From contig JAVCCW010000001.1 of NCBI GenBank assembly GCA_030765235.1, positions 35,172-99,171 on the forward strand: DNA of 64,000 bases, read 5' to 3'. This stretch comes from Candidatus Gorgyraea atricola (GTDB lineage Bacteria; Omnitrophota; Gorgyraeia; Gorgyraeales; Gorgyraeaceae). The notes beneath the pieces are model-generated. The model had not been told where the DNA came from. It saw only the letters and a list, made by a program, of their open reading frames with translations, and ran no database searches. Below are positions 17,457-27,266 of this stretch, piece after piece. How positions within the stretch are numbered: the first letter of the stretch is position 1; each line of letters starts with the position of its first letter. Both the position numbers and the translations under genes were made by a program.

Positions 17457-18251
17457 TCACAGATCAAGCATTCTTTCTATAAAAAGTTTCACTTCACTCG
17501 TGTTTTTTAAAAAATAATCCGCCTTGCTTTTTATTTTCCTGGGCCCCACGAATATGGATATGCCTTTGCCCTTAATGGCCTTAAATGCATCTTCATCAGT
17601 AACATCATCGCCTATATGTATAGGTAGCGCGCGTTTATATTTCTTAAGCAGGCATAGCACTGCCTTGCCCTTGTCCCATTCAATGCCAGGCCTTACCTCT
17701 AAAACCATCTTACCTGCTGAGCTTTTAAGTTTTCTTGAAAGGACATATGGAGCCACGATTCTACTAAATGCTCTTTTAACTAATATTCTCTTCGCAGGCT
17801 TTACGAGCCTGTAATGCACGCTCAGCGTACAGCCTTTGTCCTCCACTATTACACCTTTAATATCAGCCAATGCCTTGTTTAACTTTGAAGTTACCTGTTC
17901 CACCGCGTAGGTGGAATTAATTCCACCTACGCGGTGGAACAGGTTTGCTCCATCCTCTATCTCCAAGCCATGATTCCCAGCATATACAATACCCTTGATG
18001 CCAACCATTTTCTTTACATTTGCCAGAGACCTTCCGCTTATAATAGCGAGTTTAAATCTAGGGTCTTTCTTTAGTTTTTTTAAGGAGTTTCTTACTGCTG
18101 GAGAGATCTTTGCCAATTCTGGCGTTGCCACAATAGGTGTAAGCGTGCCATCATAATCAAAAAATAAAAATGTCAAAGGAGATTTTTGTATCTGAGGGGA
18201 AATCTTGGCCCAACTGCTAAAAAGATATTTCATGTCATTCTTTAAATTCAA
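17457..18251 (-). CDS. otsB: Trehalose-6-phosphate phosphatase
   Basis: DYDGTL, ISGR, GNHGLE, WDKG and GDDVTDEDAF motifs. Start may be the downstream MKYLF. Confidence 0.92.
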   Translation of the reverse strand: MNLKNDMKYLFSSWAKISPQIQKSPLTFLFFDYDGTLTPIVATPELAKISPAVRNSLKKLKKDPRFKLAIISGRSLANVKKMVGIKGIVYAGNHGLEIEDGANLFHRVGGINSTYAVEQVTSKLNKALADIKGVIVEDKGCTLSVHYRLVKPAKRILVKRAFSRIVAPYVLSRKLKSSAGKMVLEVRPGIEWDKGKAVLCLLKKYKRALPIHIGDDVTDEDAFKAIKGKGISIFVGPRKIKSKADYFLKNTSEVKLFIERMLDL

Positions 18252-19713
18252 ATTTCAAGAGCTCTGAAAGAAGCTTACCTGCCCACTTATAGATATTGTT
18301 GTCTCTAACCTGTTTGCGCATCTTCTGCATACGAGACTTCGCGTCTTTTTTATTCATCTCGACAGCGACCTTTAATTTATCCGCGAAATCATCTGTATCA
18401 TAAGGATTTATCATGATCGCATCGTGCAGTTCACGAAAAGAACCTGTGAATTTGCTCAACACCAGGACTCCTGATGAATCTGTGTGCGCAGAGACATACT
18501 CCTTTGCCACAAGATTCATGCCGTCGTGGAGCGGACTCACCACGCATATATTAGCAAGCTTATAAAATGCTATGACCTCTGGATATGTTATATAGCGCCT
18601 TACAAATACTATGGGCTGCCATCCTTCGTATGAATGCTTCCAGTTTATCTCCTCTACAAGCGCGTTTATCTCGTCATTGAGATTTTTATAAGCAGGGATG
18701 TGCATCCTGGAAAGCCTGCCCATCTGTATAAAAACAAATTTTCCTCTATATTCAGGATATTTTTCCACAAACCTGTCTACTGCACGCAATCTTTCTAATA
18801 TTCCTTTTGTATAATCGATCCTGTCCAGGCCAAGCATGATAAAATCATAATTTAGCAGAAATTCCTCTTTGAGGTTCTGCATGTATTCTTCTACCTGGTC
18901 AGATTTTGAAAGTTCTTCTACATAGTCATGGTCCACGCCTATTGGAAAAGGCCTTATAATAGTCTCGTGCCCTCCTTTTATAATAGAAAATCTCTCACGA
19001 TCCACTCTTGCTTCTATCTCTTTTTCCACAGTAGAGATAAAATTCTCACAGTGATATCTTAGATGGAACCCTAAAAGGTCGTTTGCCAAAAGTCCCTCCA
19101 GGATCTCTGTCTTCTTGGGGCAGATCCTGAATACCTCTGGATTCGGCCATGGGATATGCCAGAAGTGGGCAGTGATTATATTATTGCCGCCTGCCTCCTT
19201 TAAAAATTTCGGCAAAAGCGCCATGTGGTAATCCTGTATCCATACAAATGCTTTTCTATTGCCTATCTCCTTAAGTATTGCGTCTGCGAATTTCCTGTTG
19301 ACCTTCTCGTACATGCGCCAGTCCGTTTCTTCAAACTTAGGCGGTGTATAAGATATATGCGAGAGAGGCCATAAGGCCTCGTTTGAAAAACCATAGTAAT
19401 AACCGTCTTCCTCTTCTTTTGTCAACCATACACGAAGAAGTGTATACTTCGGGTCATCTGGCGGCACCTGGACTCTATTGTCTTTATCTACTGTCTTTTT
19501 ATCAGCATCCCCGCTTCCATGCGCAACCCACAGGCCGCTACACGCCTTCATAACAGGGTCTAAGGCAGTTATTACGCCTCCTGCTGAACGCTGACAGATG
19601 ATCTTCCCCTTTTTATGCGTGTGCATATAGGGCTCTCTATTAGACACGACTATCAATAAATAGTCGCCCAATTGTTTCTCTATGACTTTCTTGAGATCGT
19701 CCTTAGTCCACAT
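18235..19713 (-). CDS. otsA: Trehalose-6-phosphate synthase
   Basis: VSNREP, WIQDYH, HIPWP, DRIDYTKGI and DGMNLVAKEY motifs. Confidence 0.94.
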   Translation of the reverse strand: MWTKDDLKKVIEKQLGDYLLIVVSNREPYMHTHKKGKIICQRSAGGVITALDPVMKACSGLWVAHGSGDADKKTVDKDNRVQVPPDDPKYTLLRVWLTKEEEDGYYYGFSNEALWPLSHISYTPPKFEETDWRMYEKVNRKFADAILKEIGNRKAFVWIQDYHMALLPKFLKEAGGNNIITAHFWHIPWPNPEVFRICPKKTEILEGLLANDLLGFHLRYHCENFISTVEKEIEARVDRERFSIIKGGHETIIRPFPIGVDHDYVEELSKSDQVEEYMQNLKEEFLLNYDFIMLGLDRIDYTKGILERLRAVDRFVEKYPEYRGKFVFIQMGRLSRMHIPAYKNLNDEINALVEEINWKHSYEGWQPIVFVRRYITYPEVIAFYKLANICVVSPLHDGMNLVAKEYVSAHTDSSGVLVLSKFTGSFRELHDAIMINPYDTDDFADKLKVAVEMNKKDAKSRMQKMRKQVRDNNIYKWAGKLLSELLKFEFKE

Positions 19714-19721
19714 AATAAAAC

Positions 19722-19832
19722 CTCGTTTTTCGTTATTCGGTTGCGTAAATCGAATCGTTATTCGTTGATAGGTTGCGTTTTATTACGTCCAACGATTAAC
19801 GATCAACGATCAACGTTTCGATCTACGCAACC
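19722..19832. repeat. Degenerate heptamer repeats (TCGTTAT / CAACGAT) in inverted arrangement upstream of otsA
   Basis: tcgttat...tcgttg units on the left; caacgat taacgat caacgat caacg on the right. Confidence 0.65.
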
Positions 19833-19856
19833 GTACAGCGTATAACAATCTTGTAT

Positions 19857-20159
19857 CTATCTTAATTTAAAACTTATATCTAAGAGGGTTCTTACTAAAA
19901 AGCTGCGTAAAAAAATGATCGCGAGAAAGGCTATTATCGGTGATATATCAATACCGATCCCTGCCCGCAAAGGAAGCATTTTTCTTATGGGATAAAGAAT
20001 CGGCTCTGTGGTCTTGTATAAAAATTGGACTACGGAGTTAAGTGGATCCGGATTCACCCAGCTTATTATAGCGCGGATCAATATAAGCCAGTAAAGAACT
20101 GTCAACGCTATGTTCAATAGATTCGCCACTGCTGCGAGAAAATTTGAAAGAACAAACAT
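19857..20159 (-). CDS. YggT family membrane protein
   Basis: ISWVNPDP.N...LYKTTEPIL.PIR...GIDISPI. Confidence 0.9.
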   Translation of the reverse strand: MFVLSNFLAAVANLLNIALTVLYWLILIRAIISWVNPDPLNSVVQFLYKTTEPILYPIRKMLPLRAGIGIDISPIIAFLAIIFLRSFLVRTLLDISFKLR

Positions 20160-21217
20160 TACTGTGCCTTCTCCTGTGCATAATTTATAGCGCGTATTGG
20201 ATAAGGTATGTTAATGCCTTCTTTAGCATAGCGCTCGTGAAGCCTTTTTATAAACTCATGCTTGATCAGATAATTATCTACGAATTCCTTTGCGCGCAGA
20301 ATAACCGTAAAATTTATACTAAAATCCGCGAATGTATGGTAGCGGATAAAAGGGTTAAACTCCGGCACCCCGCCCTGCACTATCTTCATTACGTCTTTAC
20401 CCACCTCGCAAGTCACCTTTTCAACATGCTTCAGGTCTGAATCATAATGCACACCCACCTGCACCAGCACTGCCAGCTCCTTCTGTGGATAATAATAATT
20501 TATGATCTTCGAACTAACCAAGCTCTTATTAGGCATTACCACCACATTATTCGGCAGCATCCTTATCCAGCTCGAACGCCAGCCAATCTTTTCCACATAA
20601 CCCTCTTCTCCTGAATCAAGCTTCACAAACTGGCCTACCTTTATCGGCTTATCAATAATGATCTGCATGCCCGCGAATAAATTCTCCAATGTCGGCTGTA
20701 AAGCCAATGCCACAGCCAAAGAACCAATGCCAAGTGAAGCCAGTATAGGCGTAATGGATACCCCAAAGCTATCCAGAAGTATCAAAACACCCAGCGCTAT
20801 CACCACTATCCTTACAAACCCTCTTACAACCCCGCCAGATGTCTTTAATATATCCACCTTGTGCGAGTAATTATGTACGAAGTTATTGGTCAGCTTATCT
20901 AAAAATAGAATAATAGCGACTATCGTGGTCGCCTTAAATGCCAGTATCACATAGCGCGTCAGCTCAGAATTAGCGCTTATAGGAGAGATCCTTTGGATAA
21001 TAAATACACCACTGGCAAATATCAATAATGTTAAAGGAAAGTTCAATGCGCCCAACAAGATATCATCCAGCTTAGAACGCGTGCGGCTACACAGCTTCTC
21101 CACCCGCTTAAATACCACCTTTTTAACAACTAAAAGTACGCTCACCCACACAAAATACACCACAGGTGCATATATGAAGGCAGGAATCCTTAAACCAAAT
21201 AGAGTGATTTCTTTCAT
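20159..21217 (-). CDS. mscS: Small-conductance mechanosensitive channel family protein
   Basis: LASLGIGSLAVALALQ, KPIKVGQFV, GYVEKIGWRS and GINIPYP motifs. Confidence 0.9.
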   Translation of the reverse strand: MKEITLFGLRIPAFIYAPVVYFVWVSVLLVVKKVVFKRVEKLCSRTRSKLDDILLGALNFPLTLLIFASGVFIIQRISPISANSELTRYVILAFKATTIVAIILFLDKLTNNFVHNYSHKVDILKTSGGVVRGFVRIVVIALGVLILLDSFGVSITPILASLGIGSLAVALALQPTLENLFAGMQIIIDKPIKVGQFVKLDSGEEGYVEKIGWRSSWIRMLPNNVVVMPNKSLVSSKIINYYYPQKELAVLVQVGVHYDSDLKHVEKVTCEVGKDVMKIVQGGVPEFNPFIRYHTFADFSINFTVILRAKEFVDNYLIKHEFIKRLHERYAKEGINIPYPIRAINYAQEKAQ

Positions 21218-21226
21218 AATATATTC

Positions 21227-21255
21227 ATAATAAACGAGTTGGGCGAATTTGTCAA
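21227..21255 (-). promoter_or_regulatory. Sigma70 promoter; near-leaderless mscS mRNA
   Basis: TTGACA-17 nt-TATTAT, with the ATG 9 nt downstream and no SD. Confidence 0.7.
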
Positions 21256-21272
21256 GAAAAATCAGAAAACAT

Positions 21273-21319
21273 CAAAAAACAGGCCTTTTGCGTAAGTCAA
21301 TAAACAACACAAAAGGCCT
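21273..21319 (-). terminator. Intrinsic terminator after the 1723-aa gene
   Basis: aggccttttg / caaaaggcct stem followed by gtttttt on the minus strand. Confidence 0.7.
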
Positions 21320-21330
21320 TTAAACAATCT

Positions 21331-24300
21331 TTACATTGAACTATCTAGTACCTTGCTTCTTTTCTCTATGGTATCTAATATGCTAGGTCTTGCCTTCTCT
21401 AATATATCAGCTACTTCATCAAAATATGCCTTGAGCGCATGTCTTGTATCTTCATTGTTCTCATCAAATATAAGACTCATTGCCCAGCCAGGCTTATCCT
21501 TAGCAACTAATTTTCCATCTTCTAATTTCTGGCCGTCCTCTCGCTTAATATCATATCCAGAAAGTGCCAGGAGATTACCCAGCCAGTGCATCTTTAAATA
21601 ATCAGATGAATACTTGACATTTGAGTTCTTAAATTGCTCAAGATGATTCATGCCGATTAAAGATGTAGTAAGACACTTCTGAGCAGCCTTAATCATGGCA
21701 TGATATGCATGACCTGAGCCAGGAAGCTTGCCTACGTCAGCAAACTTTTTCAGGGTCTTTCTCCATAATACATCATCTCCATGATTCAATACATCCCGCA
21801 TGGCCAAACCATCTTTAGTATAAGATGTCTCACCAGAGTGCGCCAATTCGCCATATTCAATATCCCCTTTCTTTAGAGCAATACTGTGGATAGCTGCAGA
21901 TACATGGGCTGGATCAAATATATTTAGAGCCCTGCCTGTTTTGGCAGAAAGAGCTTCGAGTTCATTTATCAATTCCTCTTCTGTAAACAATCCCCTCTGT
22001 ACCATAGCATGCCAATTCAAGGTAATCTCATCTTTTGTAGCTGCATAGCGGCTTTCTGTTATAGCCTTAATTGTCCTTGTAAAATTAGCCTTCTTAAGCC
22101 TCATCCAGTCCACAATCTTTTTATAAAACTCTACTGGTGGCTGGTCTACTGCGCATATATTCCACTGCTCTGCAACGCCGAATACTGACCAGTGAACTAC
22201 ACTCATTATCCTGGCTAAAAGCACCTTATCATCAAGCTGTTGTGCTGCCTCATCATCATCAAAGTCTAAGACCATAACTGAATATCCAGCCTTCTTTAGC
22301 TGATCTATCTTTTTCTCAGAAACATTCGTCAATCCTTTGACTCGTATAACCAAAAATGCCTTGTCATTCTTACCAGTGACAACAGGCTCGCAGTTTTTGA
22401 GGTCTAAATCATCATTCATCACTATCTTTAATAAATGGTCCCTGTCTTTACCCAAAGACTCTTCAAAATCCTGCTTAATCCAGAGCGCTCCATCTTCCCA
22501 CGCGCCTTTTGAAGTATCGCCCTGCCATTCTTTGGGTATGGTAGTTACTATCTTGTTAATGCCTTGCTTCTCATTCATCACCATCCATGCGGAAACCGGC
22601 ATGGATTTTCCAAGAACTTCCTCTTCTTTAATATTAGCTGCGCTAACCCATTTTTGTAAGTCAATACCTGCCAGGGCTAAGGGCAAAAGCATACCATTAG
22701 TATAAGGCCCGTCATGCCTGCCTGATGTAGTAGCATTGCCTTTTAAATTAGGCATGCTTGCATCAGCTTGATCAGGCTGGTGCACGATCCTTTGGCAACC
22801 TTCTAAAGCTTTATCCACATATGAATTATCAATAGTAATCTTGTAAAAATGATCCTCTAGTTTAAGTCCATATTCTGCAAAGATTGGCTTTAAGGCATTA
22901 TCTGCATTATACACAGGCTCATAAGATGTCATACCTAAGGCCTGAGCAACAACCACGGTCTTTTTTAAACCCCTTTTCAAGGCTATCTCATAATCCAAGT
23001 CTAACTCACCTGATTTTTCTCTCTCTTGCTCAACTATTTTGTCGTATATAAACTGCAATGTCTCAGAATCCACATTGTCCACTCCGAAAAATATAAGCTT
23101 CTTTCCATTAACCCCCTCAATAGCTTTAGTAGCAATAGCGGCATTCTTATCCTCTATAGACCCGCCCATGCCTGGCCAGATAACATATTCTACATCTGTT
23201 TCGTAGGCATCGTTTAAGCGTTTGTTTATACCCTTTGCTGTCTTCTGGGTCCTCTCTATTAGCTTAGGGCCCAGCTCAGGATCATTAAGCGCCTTTCCTA
23301 AATAAAATGCGCCAAGATTTATCTTATTCACCTTACCTGGCTCAGAACTAGGCTCGCAAAACACCTCGATAAGCGGATGGTCTCCAATATTTAACTTTTC
23401 CGGATCCTGCGACGTCTTATTCTTCTCATCCCAGAACAAAGGATTCCAAATCCCTTCTTTTAAGGCATCATAAATCTTCTTCGCAAGCGTCCTGATGTTT
23501 TTCTTTGTAGGGAGAATTGGCGCTTCTTCCTTCACAGGCGTCATCCTAGTTATGTCCCGCTTGCGAGCTGTTACCTTTTCAGGACCATCGGGTAACTGCA
23601 ATCCTAACTCTTCAAAACCATTTATCTTTATCCCTTCCATGCTAACCTCGAAAGGCACATAGCCCTTTAAATTTCCTGTACCATGAATAATTTTTTTTGC
23701 TTCTACTTCTGTCAAAAGGTCTATCCCCATCGCTTTTAGGATATCTATAGCAGCTTGTTTTGTTTCTTCTGTTATCACTCCTATATTAGATGAGGGTCCT
23801 CCTGCACCTAAAGGCTGCGCTGCTATATGCGCCTCGTTTAGTTTCTGAACTGCACTATGTATGGGTTCCATTGTGTAAAGACTCATCTCTCTAAGTTTCT
23901 CGCCACCTATTCTGTCGTATAATTCTTTAACTAACCCATATTTGTCTTTATGTTTTTCTTCAAAAGCCAGTTCTGCAAATTTAGACGCATAACCAGGCAA
24001 CCCTGTTTTGCCTTCATGCGCATCAATTGCATTCCTTATCCAAATCCTGCAAAGCTCATCCCGTATCCAGACATATCTTAATACACCATCGATTAACGTA
24101 TGCCAATCTCCCTCTTTGTATGCCTGGGCATTTCGTGCTGTTATGGCTTTGAATTCCCCGAGTAAGTCTATTCCCTCTTTAATTCTAAAGCGTATAAAAT
24201 CTGTCCACATCTCATTAATCAACGCTGCTGTCCTATCGTCATCCGCTTCTCCATCTGTATACCCCTTGCCTGCCTGGACTAAAAGAAAGCGGTCTTCTAT

Positions 24301-26502
24301 CTCTTTTATTTTTTCTTCAGTGGTCGCTAATGGTATTGCTAATGCCCCGTAAGTATTAACAAGTTCTCCTTTTTCGTTTTTCTGTCCAGATCTCCATACT
24401 TGCTGGTGTATTCCGCCTGTTAAAAAACAAAGATGACCCTGGCCGCCTGTCAGACCTCTAAATACATCATTCTCGAGTTTTACTGCTAAGGCAAAGATAT
24501 CTGCTTGGCTGAGGTTTGCTCCGCTTAATATACTTGCAGCTGTTATGACTGACATGCTAAAACCATTTGAAGATTCCATGCCTCCTGCCAATGCCATTGC
24601 AGGAACAGGAGGACATGTTATCCTTATGCCTTTTAATCCACAGAGATTAGCAAATACAAAAGCTGGCAAAAATCTCATATGTGCTGTACCGTTTTCATCG
24701 AGTGCTACATTTCCTTTCACTACGAGAGGTTCGTCTTCTGGGATTCCATAATCAGGAGCAACATATTCTATAGCATCCGGATCATCTGCTGCTTCGATTT
24801 TTATAGTTATGCCCATCTTGCTTGCTATAGCAACTGTTGATGGAAATTCCTCTATTTTTTTAGCTTCAATTTCAGTGTACTCGTCTTGGAACTCAGGTAG
24901 ATCCAGGCTTGAACCGCCTATTACATCTGATCCCCTTAACTGTCCAGATACAGATGTTTCGATGTCGTTTTTCTTTGCTTCTAATAATTTATTTCTTGCT
25001 TCCTCAGCGCTTACACTAGGATTAACCCATTTTTTTAACTGCTTTTCGCTCACGCGTTTACGTAATCCAAAATTTATCTTTGGGTCAAACAAATATCCTT
25101 CCACCAGCACTGCGTCTCTTACTGCTTTTCTTACCTGCGTCAGGGTCTCCTCACCTGCTCTATCCAATGTGCCTCTCTGAAGCCCCTTGCCTATTACCTT
25201 TTCTGCTGCCACTTGCATGTCTTTTAAGTCTTCATGGGTAAGACCATCAAATTCAGGTGTAAATGCAGTTGTGCCGTCTTTTCTTCGTTCGATAATCCCT
25301 AACCGCTCACCGAGTCTAAATTCAGCATCAATTGTATAATCTGAAAATGGTTCTCCTGATTTTCTATCCCTTCCTGCCTCTTTCCTCACCTGTTTTAGAT
25401 TACTGGTATTGCATACACCTACTTGATCTATAAGCGTATCCAATAGACCATAGAAAGCCCCTTCGGTCTTGGGTTTAGCGTCTAAACTAAACGCAAGACC
25501 AGCGAGTGGTTCAGCACTTATTATATTTGCAAGCATTTTCCTGAGTGCTCCCTTGGCCTTTAAAGGATTATCTGGCCACCAACCTTTATCCATAATTCTT
25601 TTTATGCCCTTATAACCTTTTGCAACCAAAAACTTGTAATGTTCTGGTTTATTTAATTTAAGCAATTTAAAGAAATCGTCTATTTTGTAGGAGTGCAAAG
25701 ATTGATAAACCATGATATCATACATAGGTATGCCAACATCCCATAGATATCTTACATGTTCATCAATAACCCATTCTGGATCATCTGTTTCCTTATTCTT
25801 GTGCATTATCTCCTCTAATATCCTTTCAAAAATAACACGTGACAATGTATCAGTATAGTTCGCTTTCATATGTTTATAATACTTCTCGTCGTCCTTATTA
25901 GTAAGGCCTTCTCCTAGTATGTAACGCTCATATAAATGATGAATCCCCTCGTCAATTGCTATATAAACTGTCTTATTTTTCTCGTCATAATATCTCCTTG
26001 CTTGAGCCTTAAGAACACCTGACTTAACTGAAATAAATTTTATTTCTTTGGCACCCAAATTCCATTCCTTGCGAAAGTTTTTAGCAAAGATATCTAGAGC
26101 CAACTCTTGGGTCGGCAGTAATCTTCCAAAAAATCCATTAAAAATATCTACTACAAACCGCTCTAATTTATCTTCATGTGATGGCAAATCGGTAGTAATT
26201 AGATCACGTGGCTTCGCATCATCTATAGCAATACCTTCTAAAAAATCTTTCATATTTGCTGTTTCCTCAATCTTATTCTCCTTACTCAATACCTCTCTTA
26301 AGGTCGGCCCTGGCATGACTACGCCCATTATAAAGCTCTCGCCTTCTTTGGCAGCCTTGCTAGTCTGTTCTACCATACCAGGATTTCCCTGTAAGGCAGG
26401 CCGCAATGAGTTGGAACTGGGGATTGCATATGCTGTATTAGTTAATAGGAAGGTTATGATGGTAAGCGTAGAGATGATTCTATTACATAGATTGCTCTTC
26501 AT
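21331..26502 (-). CDS. Giant protein: signal-like leader + LRxxL motif, unknown N-terminal region, GHMP sugar kinase domain, glucose-6-phosphate isomerase-like domain
   Basis: 1723 aa with AAGGAG RBS. GHMP motifs IGGSSLD, GGMESS, ENDV..GLTGGQ, LGAGGP; PGI motifs GMGGS, DNVD, SGRH, QDFEESLGK, DQPPVEFYK. Confidence 0.8.
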   Translation of the reverse strand: MKSNLCNRIISTLTIITFLLTNTAYAIPSSNSLRPALQGNPGMVEQTSKAAKEGESFIMGVVMPGPTLREVLSKENKIEETANMKDFLEGIAIDDAKPRDLITTDLPSHEDKLERFVVDIFNGFFGRLLPTQELALDIFAKNFRKEWNLGAKEIKFISVKSGVLKAQARRYYDEKNKTVYIAIDEGIHHLYERYILGEGLTNKDDEKYYKHMKANYTDTLSRVIFERILEEIMHKNKETDDPEWVIDEHVRYLWDVGIPMYDIMVYQSLHSYKIDDFFKLLKLNKPEHYKFLVAKGYKGIKRIMDKGWWPDNPLKAKGALRKMLANIISAEPLAGLAFSLDAKPKTEGAFYGLLDTLIDQVGVCNTSNLKQVRKEAGRDRKSGEPFSDYTIDAEFRLGERLGIIERRKDGTTAFTPEFDGLTHEDLKDMQVAAEKVIGKGLQRGTLDRAGEETLTQVRKAVRDAVLVEGYLFDPKINFGLRKRVSEKQLKKWVNPSVSAEEARNKLLEAKKNDIETSVSGQLRGSDVIGGSSLDLPEFQDEYTEIEAKKIEEFPSTVAIASKMGITIKIEAADDPDAIEYVAPDYGIPEDEPLVVKGNVALDENGTAHMRFLPAFVFANLCGLKGIRITCPPVPAMALAGGMESSNGFSMSVITAASILSGANLSQADIFALAVKLENDVFRGLTGGQGHLCFLTGGIHQQVWRSGQKNEKGELVNTYGALAIPLATTEEKIKEIEDRFLLVQAGKGYTDGEADDDRTAALINEMWTDFIRFRIKEGIDLLGEFKAITARNAQAYKEGDWHTLIDGVLRYVWIRDELCRIWIRNAIDAHEGKTGLPGYASKFAELAFEEKHKDKYGLVKELYDRIGGEKLREMSLYTMEPIHSAVQKLNEAHIAAQPLGAGGPSSNIGVITEETKQAAIDILKAMGIDLLTEVEAKKIIHGTGNLKGYVPFEVSMEGIKINGFEELGLQLPDGPEKVTARKRDITRMTPVKEEAPILPTKKNIRTLAKKIYDALKEGIWNPLFWDEKNKTSQDPEKLNIGDHPLIEVFCEPSSEPGKVNKINLGAFYLGKALNDPELGPKLIERTQKTAKGINKRLNDAYETDVEYVIWPGMGGSIEDKNAAIATKAIEGVNGKKLIFFGVDNVDSETLQFIYDKIVEQEREKSGELDLDYEIALKRGLKKTVVVAQALGMTSYEPVYNADNALKPIFAEYGLKLEDHFYKITIDNSYVDKALEGCQRIVHQPDQADASMPNLKGNATTSGRHDGPYTNGMLLPLALAGIDLQKWVSAANIKEEEVLGKSMPVSAWMVMNEKQGINKIVTTIPKEWQGDTSKGAWEDGALWIKQDFEESLGKDRDHLLKIVMNDDLDLKNCEPVVTGKNDKAFLVIRVKGLTNVSEKKIDQLKKAGYSVMVLDFDDDEAAQQLDDKVLLARIMSVVHWSVFGVAEQWNICAVDQPPVEFYKKIVDWMRLKKANFTRTIKAITESRYAATKDEITLNWHAMVQRGLFTEEELINELEALSAKTGRALNIFDPAHVSAAIHSIALKKGDIEYGELAHSGETSYTKDGLAMRDVLNHGDDVLWRKTLKKFADVGKLPGSGHAYHAMIKAAQKCLTTSLIGMNHLEQFKNSNVKYSSDYLKMHWLGNLLALSGYDIKREDGQKLEDGKLVAKDKPGWAMSLIFDENNEDTRHALKAYFDEVADILEKARPSILDTIEKRSKVLDSSM

Positions 26503-26543
26503 ATAAATTCTCCTTTTGTTAAGCAGATTTTAAATATATTTAT

Positions 26544-26572
26544 AATATACCACGAAAACGCTTTCTCGTCAA
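26544..26572 (-). promoter_or_regulatory. Sigma70 promoter of the 1723-aa gene
   Basis: TTGACG-agaaagcgttttcgtgg(17)-TATATT; spacer is homologous to that at 15486-15514. Confidence 0.7.
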
Positions 26573-26580
26573 TCAAAAAA

Positions 26581-27264
26581 TTATACCCTTTTTGAAGCTT
26601 TGCTTATTATAAGAACGAACTCTCCGCGGGGTAAATGGGAGGTAAAATGCTGAATTGCGCTGGAGGCTTTAAGGCGTAGGGTCTCTTCAAAAACTTTTGT
26701 CAGCTCTCGACTTACAACAATCTCTCTATCCCCTAATATATCTAATATATCCTCTAAACACTTTAAAACCCTGTGCGGAGATTCATAGAGGATAATGGTT
26801 CTTGCTTCATTTTTTAACGCGCCTAGCTGTTTTCTGCGCCTTGCCTTCTTATTAGACAAAAACCCCTGGAATGCGAAGCTATCAGTAGGCATGCCTGATG
26901 AGACCAGGGCTGCTATAAGTGCACATGGCCCAGGCAAAGCTATTATAGGTATATCATTATCTATAGCTAGTCTTATAATCTTATATCCAGGGTCGCTTAT
27001 CCCAGGCGTGCCACTGTCAGAGACAATGGCAATGTTCTTATCTTCCTTGAGTAATCTTATAAGATAGTCACCTTTTTTAACCTGATTGTGCTCGAAGTAA
27101 CTTGTGGTGGGCTTGTCGATACTATAATGGGAGAGCAGTTTTCTTGTATGCCTTGTATCCTCGCACGCAATAAGATCCACTTCTTTAAGCGTATCTATGG
27201 CGCGTAACGTTATGTCTCTGAGATTACCTATAGGTGTAGCAACTATATAAAGTTTTCCTGGCAT
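26581..27264 (-). CDS. rsmI: 16S rRNA (cytidine1402-2'-O)-methyltransferase
   Basis: LYIVATPIGNL.DIT.RA, CEDTR, SDSGTPGISDPG, YESPHR and RELTK motifs. Confidence 0.96.
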   Translation of the reverse strand: MPGKLYIVATPIGNLRDITLRAIDTLKEVDLIACEDTRHTRKLLSHYSIDKPTTSYFEHNQVKKGDYLIRLLKEDKNIAIVSDSGTPGISDPGYKIIRLAIDNDIPIIALPGPCALIAALVSSGMPTDSFAFQGFLSNKKARRRKQLGALKNEARTIILYESPHRVLKCLEDILDILGDREIVVSRELTKVFEETLRLKASSAIQHFTSHLPRGEFVLIISKASKRV

Positions 27265-27266
27265 GA

